Of a DNA stretch of 64,000 nucleotides, positions 50,321-60,365 are shown one piece after another. A program made the position numbers and the translations under genes. The stretch covers positions 1,721 to 65,720 of the forward strand of contig CAOKET010000001.1 in the NCBI GenBank assembly GCA_948467605.1, written 5' to 3'. How positions within the stretch are numbered: the stretch's first letter is position 1; every line of letters starts with the position of its first letter. The stretch comes from an uncultured Mycoplasmatota bacterium. Lineage in GTDB: Bacteria > Bacillota_I > Bacilli_A > RF39 > UBA660. Below the pieces are notes generated by a model. It did no database searches, was not told the origin of the DNA, and saw only the letters and a list, made by a program, of their open reading frames with translations.

Positions 50321-51586
50321 ATGTTTAACACAGTTAAACAAATATTTGAACCTAAAAATAAGGATTTACAAAAAAGAATACTATTTACTTTAGCAATATT
50401 AATAATATATAAAATAGGAACTTATATTACTGTTCCTGGTGTTGCTATAGGTGATCAACTTAAGAAATTAAGTTTTTTAGAACTATTTGATGTAGTAGGT
50501 GGTGGTTCTTTAAGTAACTTCTCAATATTTGCTCTTGGTGTATCACCTTATATTAGCGCATCAATTGTAATACAAATACTTCAAATGGATATTATTCCAT
50601 ATTTTACAGAATTACGCGAACAAGGCGAAGTTGGTCGTAGGAAGCTTAATCAAATTACAAGATATGCTGGAATAGTAATTGCTTTTATACAAGCGTTTGC
50701 ATTCTCATATGCTTTAATGGGTATTAAGAATCCAGTTGAGGTTGCAAGAATATCTCTAATATTAACTGCTGGTACTTCATTCCTATTATGGTTAGGAGAC
50801 CAAGTTACTAGTAAGGGTGTAGGTAATGGTGTTTCATTAATAATTATGGCAGGTATTGTTACATCAATACCAAGTATGTTTGTAAATGTATTTAATACTG
50901 TTATGGTATATACTAGTGTACAAACAACATTGTTTGGTATAGCAAAATTCCTATTGTTTGTATTGGTTTATTTAATTATAATAATTGGTGTTGTATTTGC
51001 TCAAGAAGCAGAACGTAAAATTCCAGTTCAATATGCTAATAAGAGTAATGCTAAATATGGAAATAGTCAGGGTGCATTTTTACCATTTAAGTTAAATTCA
51101 GCAGGAGTAATGCCAGTAATATTTGCATCTATATTATTAACTATTCCACAGATGATAGCAAAATTTATAAATAAACCAGGATTTAATGATTTTGTTGAAA
51201 AATTTTTAAATTATGAAAAACCAGTTGGTTTTATACTATATTTGTTATTAATATTTGGATTCTCATATATTTATACATTTATGCAAATAAGACCAAAAGA
51301 ATTATCCGAGAACTTACAGAAAAATGGTGGATTTATTCCAGGAATAAGACCAGGTAATGAAACAACTGATTATATTAAAAAAGTTTTAGTTAGGGTTACA
51401 GTGATAGGTGCTTTATTCTTAATGATAATTGCAGCAATTCCAATTCTTTTTGGAAAGATATCAATATTCTCTAATACTAATGTAAGTATTGGTGGTACAG
51501 GATTATTAATTATAGTTGGTGTAGCACTTGAAGTTTACAGACAAATAGAAAGTACTTTAGTAAGCAGAAATTATAGAAAGAGGTAA
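50321..51586 (+). CDS. secY: Preprotein translocase SecY
   Basis: SIFALGVSPYISASI, GVGNGVSL, IPGIRPG. Confidence 0.98.
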   Translation: MFNTVKQIFEPKNKDLQKRILFTLAILIIYKIGTYITVPGVAIGDQLKKLSFLELFDVVGGGSLSNFSIFALGVSPYISASIVIQILQMDIIPYFTELREQGEVGRRKLNQITRYAGIVIAFIQAFAFSYALMGIKNPVEVARISLILTAGTSFLLWLGDQVTSKGVGNGVSLIIMAGIVTSIPSMFVNVFNTVMVYTSVQTTLFGIAKFLLFVLVYLIIIIGVVFAQEAERKIPVQYANKSNAKYGNSQGAFLPFKLNSAGVMPVIFASILLTIPQMIAKFINKPGFNDFVEKFLNYEKPVGFILYLLLIFGFSYIYTFMQIRPKELSENLQKNGGFIPGIRPGNETTDYIKKVLVRVTVIGALFLMIIAAIPILFGKISIFSNTNVSIGGTGLLIIVGVALEVYRQIESTLVSRNYRKR

Positions 51587-51590
51587 TGGC

Positions 51591-52250
51591 ATGAAAAACT
51601 TAGTTTTAATTGCCCCTCCAGCTGCTGGGAAAGGAACTTTATCAAATTTATTATCTAAGGAATATAATATTCCGCATATATCTACTGGAGACTTGCTTAG
51701 AAAAAGGGCTAATGTCGATGATGAATTTGGTATTGAACTTTTATGTTTGTTACAAACTGGAGAATTAGTAAATGATGATATAGTATTGGATTTACTTAAG
51801 ACAAGATTGTCTGATTCTGATTGTAAAAATGGGTATATACTAGACGGATATCCAAGAAATTTAAATCAAGCAAATCAACTCAATGATATTTTAAATGAAA
51901 TAAATCTTTCAATAGATTATGTTATATATTTAGATATTAATAAAGAAATTGCTAAAGAAAGAATGCTTGGTAGGATTACTTGTCCAAAGTGTGGTGCTAT
52001 ATATAATAGAAATGACTCATCTAAATTGCCAAAGATTGATGGTGTTTGTGATGAATGTGATTCTAAGTTAAATGTAAGAACTGATGATAGTATTCAAGCA
52101 TTTGAAAGAAGATTTGAGGAATTTATTAATCTTACATTACCAGTTGTAGATTTTTATAAAAATACTGGAAAATTAGTTAAAGTTGATGGTACAATGGATA
52201 CAGATAAGATTTTAATAGAATTTTCTAATATGTTGAAAGGCGATTTATGA
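51591..52250 (+). CDS. adk: Adenylate kinase with Zn LID
   Basis: PPAAGKGT, HISTGD, LDGYPR, CPKC...CDEC. Confidence 0.96.
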   Translation: MKNLVLIAPPAAGKGTLSNLLSKEYNIPHISTGDLLRKRANVDDEFGIELLCLLQTGELVNDDIVLDLLKTRLSDSDCKNGYILDGYPRNLNQANQLNDILNEINLSIDYVIYLDINKEIAKERMLGRITCPKCGAIYNRNDSSKLPKIDGVCDECDSKLNVRTDDSIQAFERRFEEFINLTLPVVDFYKNTGKLVKVDGTMDTDKILIEFSNMLKGDL

Positions 52251-52999
52251 TTAGTATAAAGAGTGATTGGGAAATTGAACTTATGAGAGAGGCATCTTTG
52301 ATCGTTGCTAAAACTCATAAATATTTAATGCCTAAAATAAAACCTGGTATTACAACTCTTGAGTTGGATAGATTGGCTGAGGAATTTATATTAAATAATT
52401 CGGCAACGCCATCTTGTAAAAATTATAATGGATTTCCAGCAACTTTATGTATTTCTATAAATGATGAAGTTGTTCATGGTATTCCATCTAAGAGAAAGTT
52501 AAAGGATGGCGATATAGTATCTATTGATATATGTGCCTGTTATAAGGGTTATCATGGAGATTCAGCATGGACTTATAAAGTAGGAAATGTGAGTGAAGAG
52601 AAATCTTATCTTATGGAACACACAGAAAAAGCACTTTATGAGGGAATAGAACAAGTTAAACCTGGGAATAGGATTGGAGATATTTCCCACGCAATAGAAA
52701 GTTATGCAAATCGGTATAACTTAGGAGTTATTCGTGAACTTGTAGGTCATGGTGTTGGTAATAATTTACATGAAGATCCAGAAGTTCCAAATTATGGAAA
52801 GGCTGGTACAGGTCCAGTATTAAAACCAGGTATGGTTATAGCAATTGAACCTATGCTTAATTTAGGTTCTCCATTCATTGAAATTTTAGATGATGATTGG
52901 ACTGTTGTTACAGAAGACTCATCTCCATCTGCTCATTTTGAACATACTGTACTTGTTACAGAAGATGGTTATGAGATATTAACTAAGAGGGTGATATAG
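52247..52999 (+). CDS. map: Methionine aminopeptidase type I
   Basis: VVHGIP, GHGVG...LHEDP, AIEPM, SAHFEHT. Confidence 0.97.
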   Translation: MISIKSDWEIELMREASLIVAKTHKYLMPKIKPGITTLELDRLAEEFILNNSATPSCKNYNGFPATLCISINDEVVHGIPSKRKLKDGDIVSIDICACYKGYHGDSAWTYKVGNVSEEKSYLMEHTEKALYEGIEQVKPGNRIGDISHAIESYANRYNLGVIRELVGHGVGNNLHEDPEVPNYGKAGTGPVLKPGMVIAIEPMLNLGSPFIEILDDDWTVVTEDSSPSAHFEHTVLVTEDGYEILTKRVI

Positions 53000-53214
53000 T
53001 GGCTAACAAAGATACAATAGAACTTGATGGTAAGGTAACAGAAGTGTTGCCTGGTGGAAAGTATAAAGTTGAACTTGAGAATGGTCATACTGTAGTGGCT
53101 CATGTTTCTGGTAAAATTCGATTAAATTATATTCGCATTTTAGTAGGGGATACAGTAACCATTGAACTTTCACCATATGATTTAAAACATGGGCGTATAA
53201 TTTTTAGGAAATAG
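52999..53214 (+). CDS. infA: Translation initiation factor IF-1
   Basis: LENGH, SGKIR, SPYDL. Confidence 0.98.
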   Translation: MANKDTIELDGKVTEVLPGGKYKVELENGHTVVAHVSGKIRLNYIRILVGDTVTIELSPYDLKHGRIIFRK

Positions 53215-53227
53215 AGGGAGGAAATAT

Positions 53228-53341
53228 ATGAAAATAAGACCGTCTGTTAAACCAATGTGTGACAAATGTAAAGTTATTAGAAGAAAAGGTAAAGTGCAAA
53301 TTGTATGTAGCAATCCAAAGCACAAACAAAAACAAGGTTAA
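53228..53341 (+). CDS. rpmJ: 50S ribosomal protein L36 (not in ORF track)
   Basis: [37 protein letters not shown] after GGAGG. Confidence 0.97.
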   Translation: MKIRPSVKPMCDKCKVIRRKGKVQIVCSNPKHKQKQG

Positions 53342-53353
53342 GGAGGTATTACA

Positions 53354-53725
53354 ATGATTCGTATTAAAGGTGTCGATGTACCTGAAAATAAGTGTATATC
53401 AATTTCATTAACATATATATATGGTATTGGAAGAAAATTAGCAGAAAAAATTGCTACGGATGCTAAAATAGATCCTAGTAAAAAAACTTCAGATTTGACT
53501 GAAGATGAATTAACTAAAATACGTGATGAAATTTCAAAATATACTGTTGAGGGAGATTTGCGTAGAGAAGTTAGTTTGAATATTAAAACTAAACAAGAAA
53601 TTGGTTCTTATCAAGGAAGCCGTTGGAAAAAAGGGTTACCTGTTAGAGGACAAAGAACTAGAAGTAATGCTAGAACTCGTAAGGGCAAAGGCAAAACAGT
53701 AGCTAATAAAAAGAAAGTAGGTTAG
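53354..53725 (+). CDS. rpsM: 30S ribosomal protein S13
   Basis: [13 protein letters not shown]. Confidence 0.98.
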   Translation: MIRIKGVDVPENKCISISLTYIYGIGRKLAEKIATDAKIDPSKKTSDLTEDELTKIRDEISKYTVEGDLRREVSLNIKTKQEIGSYQGSRWKKGLPVRGQRTRSNARTRKGKGKTVANKKKVG

Positions 53726-53728
53726 AAT

Positions 53729-54112
53729 ATGGCATATAAATCAAGAAAAAGAAAAGTTAAAAAGACTGTTGTAGAAGGTATCGCTCATATAAGTACCACT
53801 TTTAATAATACAATTGTTACTATTACTGATAAAGATGGTGGTGCAGTAGCTTGGGCATCTGCTGGTACAACTGGATTTAAGGGAAGTAAAAAAAGTACTC
53901 CATATGCAGCAGGAACAGCAGCAGAAGCAGCAGCAAAGGCAGCAATGGATTATGGTATGAAATCTGTTGTTGTATATGTTAAAGGTATGGGACCTGGTCG
54001 TGAAACAGCTATTCGTTCAATCCAAGCAGTTGGTATTGAAATAACACAAATTATAGATGTAACACCTGTTCCACATAATGGATGTCGTCCACCAAAACGT
54101 CCACGTGGCTAA
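53729..54112 (+). CDS. rpsK: 30S ribosomal protein S11
   Basis: [15 protein letters not shown]. Confidence 0.98.
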   Translation: MAYKSRKRKVKKTVVEGIAHISTTFNNTIVTITDKDGGAVAWASAGTTGFKGSKKSTPYAAGTAAEAAAKAAMDYGMKSVVVYVKGMGPGRETAIRSIQAVGIEITQIIDVTPVPHNGCRPPKRPRG

Positions 54113-54136
54113 AAAATGTAAGGAGGGATCATTTCA

Positions 54137-55090
54137 ATGTTTAAATTTGAAAAACCAGACTATAAAGTAGTTGAATATGTAGAAAATAATAATTTTGGAC
54201 AATTCGTATTAGAACCATTAGAAAGAGGATTTGGTAATACTTTAGGTAATGCTCTTAGGAGAATTATGTTATCTTCATTACCAGGTAATGCTATTACTAG
54301 TGTTTATATAGATGGCGTTGCTCATGAGTTTCAAAAAATTGATGGAGTTATCGAGGATGTTACAACAATAGTTTTAAACTTAAAAAGTATTGTTATTAAA
54401 AATCATTCAGACGATAACAGCAAGGTAATGCAATTACATGTATCTAAAGAAGGTGTAGTAACTGCTGCAGATATAGAGAAAGATCCTGATATTGAAATTA
54501 TTAATCCTGATCAAGTTATTGCTACTTTGGCTAAGGGTGGAAAACTTGATATGGAAATGACAATTGGTTATGGAAAAGGTTATGTAAGATCTGATGAGAA
54601 TAAAAAACTATTATCAGATGCAAAAGTTGGTACTATTGCAATTGACTCTTTATACTCTCCAATTGAAAGAATTAGTTATGAAGTAGAAAATGCACGTGTT
54701 GGACAGGATAATAATTATGATAAGTTGATTATGAATGTATGGACAAATGGTGCAATTAAACCAGAAGAAGCAATGTCATTATCTGCTAGAATATTAATAG
54801 AACATTTAAATATTATTACAGATTTGAATGAAATCTCTGATATAACTGGTATAATGACTGAAAAACAAGAAAATCCTCGTCAAAAGGCTCTTGAGACTTC
54901 AATTGATGATTTGGATTTATCTGTTAGGGCTTATAACTGTTTGAAAAGAGCAGGAGTTAATAATCTACAAGATTTAACTAATAAATCAGAAATGGAAATG
55001 ATGAAAATTCGTAATTTAGGTAAGAAGTCTTTAAAAGAAGTAATTGATAAAATTAAAGAAATGGGACTTACATTCCGTAATGATGATTAA
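54137..55090 (+). CDS. rpoA: RNA polymerase alpha subunit
   Basis: EPLERGFGNTLGNALRR, LSVRAYNCLKRAG. Confidence 0.98.
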   Translation: MFKFEKPDYKVVEYVENNNFGQFVLEPLERGFGNTLGNALRRIMLSSLPGNAITSVYIDGVAHEFQKIDGVIEDVTTIVLNLKSIVIKNHSDDNSKVMQLHVSKEGVVTAADIEKDPDIEIINPDQVIATLAKGGKLDMEMTIGYGKGYVRSDENKKLLSDAKVGTIAIDSLYSPIERISYEVENARVGQDNNYDKLIMNVWTNGAIKPEEAMSLSARILIEHLNIITDLNEISDITGIMTEKQENPRQKALETSIDDLDLSVRAYNCLKRAGVNNLQDLTNKSEMEMMKIRNLGKKSLKEVIDKIKEMGLTFRNDD

Positions 55091-55104
55091 GAAGGAGGTA
55101 AATT

Positions 55105-55443
55105 ATGGCTTATAGAAAATTAGGTTTAGATGAACAAGAAAGACATGCAATGCTTTCTAATCTTACAAGAGAGACATTTATGCATGGACGTATTGAAACA
55201 ACTATCGATAGGGCTAAAGAAGCACGTAAATTTATCGATAAAATGATAACTTATGCTAAAAAGGGTACATTAGTATCTAGAAGGAAAATATTAGCATTTC
55301 TTTATAATGATAAAGAGGCAACTGCAAAAGTTTATGAGTATGCTAGTAAATATCAAGAACGTAATGGTGGTTATACTAGAATATTAAAACTTAAAGAAAG
55401 AAGAGGAGATAACGCTTTAGTTGTTATCCTAGAATTAGTTTAA
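55105..55443 (+). CDS. rplQ: 50S ribosomal protein L17
   Basis: RIETT...AKE, RNGGYTRI. Confidence 0.97.
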   Translation: MAYRKLGLDEQERHAMLSNLTRETFMHGRIETTIDRAKEARKFIDKMITYAKKGTLVSRRKILAFLYNDKEATAKVYEYASKYQERNGGYTRILKLKERRGDNALVVILELV

Positions 55444-55467
55444 AAGGATCATATGATTCTTTTTTTT
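55443..55467 (+). terminator. Terminator of ribosomal superoperon
   Basis: AAGGATCA-ta-TGATTCTT plus T run. Confidence 0.65.
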
Positions 55468-55481
55468 ATAGTAATTGTATT

Positions 55482-55543
55482 TGTAAATTTATTGTAAAAT
55501 TTTATTTTATTTGAATATTAGGATTGTTTTAAAATGGTATACT
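55482..55543 (+). promoter_or_regulatory. TGTAAA-N5-TGTAAA box plus extended -10
   Basis: Repeat at 55482 and 55493; TGgTATACT with -10 at 55538. Confidence 0.5.
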
Positions 55544-55567
55544 AATTGCAGAAAGTAGGTAATTCTT

Positions 55568-57265
55568 ATGTTTGAGGATAACTTTTATCCAATAGATTTT
55601 AATAAGTATAATCCAGATGCTGAAATTTATGATTCTGATCAAACTAAAGCTGGTGACTATTGGAAACTTATATATGCTGATGATAATGAAATTGATAAAT
55701 TATTTACGTATTCAAATATTGCATTTGTTCTTCCAAAAATATCAAATAATGAACTAAGAACTAAGATTAAGAATAGATTACTACAATATATTTATAATAC
55801 AAATACAATTTCATATTGCGCTATTAATATATATAGATCTAATTTATTAAGTAAAATTGAGATATCTAATATTTTCAAAAGCGATAAATTTAGAGCAGAT
55901 GTTATGGAAAAAATTAGTGATAATGAAACCCTTGATATTCAAAATGTACGTAATATTATTGATATGCAATTTTATTTTGAAAATATTGATGATAAGGTTT
56001 CTAGCATTTCTTACATAATCGAACTTATTAGATCTAGAGAAAATCCTGGTGAGAATTTGATATATGTTTTAGAGGAAATTAAACATTGTAAAGAAAATGA
56101 GGTATATTCTTATTTATCATCAAAATATTATAATCAATTACCTGAATACTATAAAAACTATTTGAGGATTAAAGATAATCCTGCTTATTTATATGATAAA
56201 AGTTTAAAGTTCATTTCTCAAAATTCATGTATTGGTATAGATCCTAGTATAAGTATAGGTGTTGAAATCGAGGCAAATGGACATGTGCCGTATATTTTTA
56301 GTGATTTTTTATATAGTCAAAAAGATTTTTACAGGTATTTTAAAACTGATATGGATGCGACTGTACCTAATGGAATAGAGCTTATCAGCAGGCCCTTTAA
56401 TGATAAAGTAGAAGATGTATCAAGATTTTGTGCTATATGTGAGACAATGCAAGAACTTGGATATTATTACGATGAAAATACTGCTAATGCTTCATTTCAA
56501 ATTAATTTAGGGCTTGATTATTTGGATACTGCAAAATCTATACTTGTTTTTTATGAATTATTTGGTAATTGCGAAGAATTGTTATATTATATTTCAAACG
56601 AGGAAGGACAGATAATACGTAATCCTATTATGACTAGTAGATTTTCCCCTATTTCAAAAAACATTGGTACTAGAGTACTAGATGAAGGAATTTCTAGAAA
56701 TTCTGTTATAGAAATGTTTAACGTTGATTTATCGTCTATGGATAATGAAATGGGTCTAAAATATAAGCGCGGTTCAATATGTTTACGTGGAACAAGTGAT
56801 GAAGATTATAGGTTTGAAATAAGAATATCTAATTCAAATGTTGATTTTAAGAGTTGCATTGATAATATTAGATTGTATGGTAAGATGATGGAAATTGCTA
56901 AGAAAATTGCAGATATATTAAGAAAAGATTCAATTACAGAAGAAGAAGAGGAATTGTTAAATAAATATGTTGATTTGCAAGATAAGAGTTTAGATTTAAG
57001 TGATAAATTAATTTTATTAATGGATATGCTTTTTAGTGATAGTAGTATCAAAGATATTTATTATAATAGGTATGTTTCTACTTTGAAAAAGAAAAAGGAA
57101 ACACAAACAAAAAATTACGATATTAATGTTGGGTGTGTAGAGTTTCAAGATTTATACGAGTCAAAATTTGAGCAAGATGGAAATATATCATATGACCCTG
57201 AAACAGGTATTTATGTTGAAGATGGTAGGATTTCATATATGAATATTGATCAAAGGAAAAAATAA
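55568..57265 (+). CDS. Amidoligase-like (COOH-NH2 ligase) domain protein with unknown N-terminus
   Basis: SIGVEIE, DATVPNGIELIS, NASFQINLG, RFEIRISN. Confidence 0.65.
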   Translation: MFEDNFYPIDFNKYNPDAEIYDSDQTKAGDYWKLIYADDNEIDKLFTYSNIAFVLPKISNNELRTKIKNRLLQYIYNTNTISYCAINIYRSNLLSKIEISNIFKSDKFRADVMEKISDNETLDIQNVRNIIDMQFYFENIDDKVSSISYIIELIRSRENPGENLIYVLEEIKHCKENEVYSYLSSKYYNQLPEYYKNYLRIKDNPAYLYDKSLKFISQNSCIGIDPSISIGVEIEANGHVPYIFSDFLYSQKDFYRYFKTDMDATVPNGIELISRPFNDKVEDVSRFCAICETMQELGYYYDENTANASFQINLGLDYLDTAKSILVFYELFGNCEELLYYISNEEGQIIRNPIMTSRFSPISKNIGTRVLDEGISRNSVIEMFNVDLSSMDNEMGLKYKRGSICLRGTSDEDYRFEIRISNSNVDFKSCIDNIRLYGKMMEIAKKIADILRKDSITEEEEELLNKYVDLQDKSLDLSDKLILLMDMLFSDSSIKDIYYNRYVSTLKKKKETQTKNYDINVGCVEFQDLYESKFEQDGNISYDPETGIYVEDGRISYMNIDQRKK

Positions 57266-57364
57266 CTAATTCAAGGGATTTTGCTTTTTTGAATAATATT
57301 ATAATATCTAAGTAAAATATAATTGTAATAATAATGTTTTTATAATTGAAATGAACGTGATTAG

Positions 57365-57625
57365 ATGTCAAAAAAGGATGAGATAATAAGTGATTTAAGG
57401 GAAGAAATATCTAAATTAAAAATTAGATTGTATGTAACTGAATATGTTAATGATAAGTTTACAAGAGCACATGAGCAAAGTTTAAAAAGTGCTAGAGAAG
57501 ATCCAATATTAACATTGCCTAGTGGGAAGCAAATTGCATTTAGGTCATTAACCCAAAAACAATTAGAATATTTAGAGAGTTTAGCACTTGAACTTAAATT
57601 AAAAGATACAAGCATTAAGCGTTAA
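57365..57625 (+). CDS. 86-aa hypothetical protein
   Basis: Coiled-coil-like N-terminus; weak RBS. Confidence 0.55.
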   Translation: MSKKDEIISDLREEISKLKIRLYVTEYVNDKFTRAHEQSLKSAREDPILTLPSGKQIAFRSLTQKQLEYLESLALELKLKDTSIKR

Positions 57626-57661
57626 AATATATTTTTATGATATAATTTTATTGGTGGTTAT

Positions 57662-58408
57662 ATGAAAGCATTAATAACTGGTATCACATCAGGTATAGGT
57701 CTTGATATAAGTAAAGTATTATCTGATATGGGATATGATATTATTGGAATATCTAAAGATAGTAAAAAATTAGAACAAATAAAAAATGAATATGGTTATA
57801 CTGTTTATAAAGTTGATTTATCTAATCGTGATGAAGTTATTAACCTTTGTGATATTATTAAATCTATTGATATAGATGTATTTATAAATAATGCTGGTTT
57901 TGGTGATGTTGGATATTTTTCAGAAACTTCATTAGATAAAGAATTATCTATGATTGATGTTAATATAGTTGCTAATCATATATTACTTAAGTGTATCTTA
58001 AATAAGATGTTAGTTAGAAATAGTGGATATATATTAAATGTAAGTTCTTCTGCCTCTTTTATGCCTGGACCGTTTATGGCAACTTATTATGCAACTAAGG
58101 CATATGTTACTAGAATGACTGAGGCAATATATGAAGAAATAAGAAGATTAGGTAAAAGGGTTTATATAGGTGCATTATGTCCTGGACCAGTTGATACTAA
58201 TTTTAATAATGTAGCAGGGGTTAAATTTTCAATATCTGGGTGTTCTAGTAGTTATGTTGCTAGATATGCAGTGGATAAAATGTTTAAGAATAAGTTAATT
58301 ATTATACCCACATTTAAGATGAAGTTTGCATGTTTTATGTCTAAATTTATGCCTAGAAAAATATTACTTAAAATTACTTATAATATACAAAGAAAAAAGA
58401 AGAGTTAA
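57662..58408 (+). CDS. SDR family oxidoreductase
   Basis: TGITSGIG, NNAGFG, YYATK, CPGPVDT. Confidence 0.95.
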   Translation: MKALITGITSGIGLDISKVLSDMGYDIIGISKDSKKLEQIKNEYGYTVYKVDLSNRDEVINLCDIIKSIDIDVFINNAGFGDVGYFSETSLDKELSMIDVNIVANHILLKCILNKMLVRNSGYILNVSSSASFMPGPFMATYYATKAYVTRMTEAIYEEIRRLGKRVYIGALCPGPVDTNFNNVAGVKFSISGCSSSYVARYAVDKMFKNKLIIIPTFKMKFACFMSKFMPRKILLKITYNIQRKKKS

Positions 58409-58410
58409 AA

Positions 58411-60258
58411 CTATTTTAATTTAAAGTAGTTTATAATATCTTCTTTTATATATTCTAAATCTAGATTTAATTGTTGTTTTAATATATTAGTTTTTCCGTG
58501 TTTTATATATTCATTATCTATTCCTGTTAGTCTTACTTTGTTAGATGCATTTTTATAATTAAAATACTCTAATATATTAGTACCTAAACTATTTGTTCTT
58601 ATACTTGTTTCATATACATATATATTTTGTTTTGTTTTTATTAATTCTTTTAGTATTTCTTTATCAATTGGTTTTATGTATCTTGCATTTATAATATTTA
58701 CTTTTTTATTTTTAAAAATATCATATAGTTTCGATACATCTGTTCCATAACTTATAATTGTATTTTTGCAAGTTTTTATTTTTTGTAAGTATTCCCAAGT
58801 TCCAACTTTTATTTCTTTTAAAGCACTTTTTTTAAATTCAATACACTCTTTTTCATATCTAATACAGAACGGATTTTCTTGTTTATAAAAACCAGTGTAT
58901 AATAAATTTCTTATCTCTTCATTATCCTTACCCATACATATAACTAGATTTGGAATACTATTTAGAAAACTTATATCAAATATTCCATGATGTGTATCTC
59001 CATCTTCCCCAACTAAACCTGCTCTATCAATACCAATTATTACATGAGTATTCATTCTTGCTATATCATGATTTATATTATCATATGCCCTTTGTAGGAA
59101 TGATGAATAAATGGGTAAGAATACTTTCTTTTTATTAAGTGCGATTGAACAGGCAAGTGTCGTTGCGAATGACTCAGTTATACCTGTATCTATACTTCTA
59201 TTTGGAAAATCTTGAAATATTTTTTCTAATTTACTACCTTTAATCATTGCTGGTGTTATAGTTATTATACTTTTATCTTTTTTCATAAATTCATATACGG
59301 TATTACTTACAACTTCACTTAAACTCGTTAAATTTTCTTTTTTTAAACTTCCACTTTCTACATCAAAATTTCCAACACCATGCCAAGTACTACTATTAAT
59401 TTCTGCTGGTTTATAACCTTTACCTTTTTTAGTTACTACATGTATAAGTATTGATTTTTTTGAATTTTTTGATTTTTTAAATGCTTTTATAAGTTCTTTT
59501 ATGTTATGTCCATCAATGGGACCTATATAATCTATATCTAGATTTGTAAAAATATTATCGTTTATTTTTCTTTTAAATTTTTCTTTTATCTTAGACGAAA
59601 GATTATATATTTTAGTACCAATACTTGTTTTAATTAGTACACCTTTATAACCTTTTTTAGCTAAATCGTAGGAATTACTTATTCTTATTTTTTTTAGGAA
59701 TTTACTTAATCCCCCTACATTTTTTGATATAGACATAGAATTGTCATTTAAAACAATTATTACTTTTGTATTCAAATTCTCAATATTATTAAGTGCTTCA
59801 AATGCAAGTCCACCAGTTAAGGAGCCATCACCAATGATTGCAATTACATCATTTTTTTCTTTATTTAAATCTCTTACATATGCAAATCCAAGTGCTGCTG
59901 CGATTGAAGTTGATGTGTGACCCGATTCAAATGGATCATGTATACTTTCATCTCTTTTTTGGAAGCCAGACATTCCACCGTATTGTCTTAATGTATTAAA
60001 TTTATCTGCTCTTCCTGTTAGTATCTTATGTGTATATGATTGGTGACCAACATCAAATATAAATTTATCATATGGAGATGTAAAAACGTAATGCAAGGCT
60101 ACAGTTAGTTCAACAACACCTAGATTACTAGCCAAATGACCTCCTGTTTTTGACACACTATTTATTATAAATTTTCTTATATCAGTACATAATTCATTTA
60201 ACTCTTTTTCATTATATTTCTTTAAGAATCTAGGATCTTTAATTTCTTGTATTCTCAT
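58411..60258 (-). CDS. dxs: 1-deoxy-D-xylulose-5-phosphate synthase
   Basis: TGGHLASNLG, DVGHQ, GDGSLTGG...LNDN, YSSFLQRAYD, DRAG...GDTHHG; ATG at 60258 after AAGGTG. Confidence 0.96.
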   Translation of the reverse strand: MRIQEIKDPRFLKKYNEKELNELCTDIRKFIINSVSKTGGHLASNLGVVELTVALHYVFTSPYDKFIFDVGHQSYTHKILTGRADKFNTLRQYGGMSGFQKRDESIHDPFESGHTSTSIAAALGFAYVRDLNKEKNDVIAIIGDGSLTGGLAFEALNNIENLNTKVIIVLNDNSMSISKNVGGLSKFLKKIRISNSYDLAKKGYKGVLIKTSIGTKIYNLSSKIKEKFKRKINDNIFTNLDIDYIGPIDGHNIKELIKAFKKSKNSKKSILIHVVTKKGKGYKPAEINSSTWHGVGNFDVESGSLKKENLTSLSEVVSNTVYEFMKKDKSIITITPAMIKGSKLEKIFQDFPNRSIDTGITESFATTLACSIALNKKKVFLPIYSSFLQRAYDNINHDIARMNTHVIIGIDRAGLVGEDGDTHHGIFDISFLNSIPNLVICMGKDNEEIRNLLYTGFYKQENPFCIRYEKECIEFKKSALKEIKVGTWEYLQKIKTCKNTIISYGTDVSKLYDIFKNKKVNIINARYIKPIDKEILKELIKTKQNIYVYETSIRTNSLGTNILEYFNYKNASNKVRLTGIDNEYIKHGKTNILKQQLNLDLEYIKEDIINYFKLK

Positions 60259-60365
60259 AAGTGACACCTTCTTTTAATATTATAACACATAAAATATTAT
60301 ATAAAATGATTAATATTTAGAAATTCTGTTCATTATATACATAGAATTAATATAAAGGAGGAATT

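Noticed and set aside
53905-53945. GCAGCA-type short repeats
   Set aside because: Simply encode the Ala-rich helix of S11
60319-60347. sigmaE-like promoter for clpC (CATAGAAT)
   Set aside because: The -35 element matches poorly
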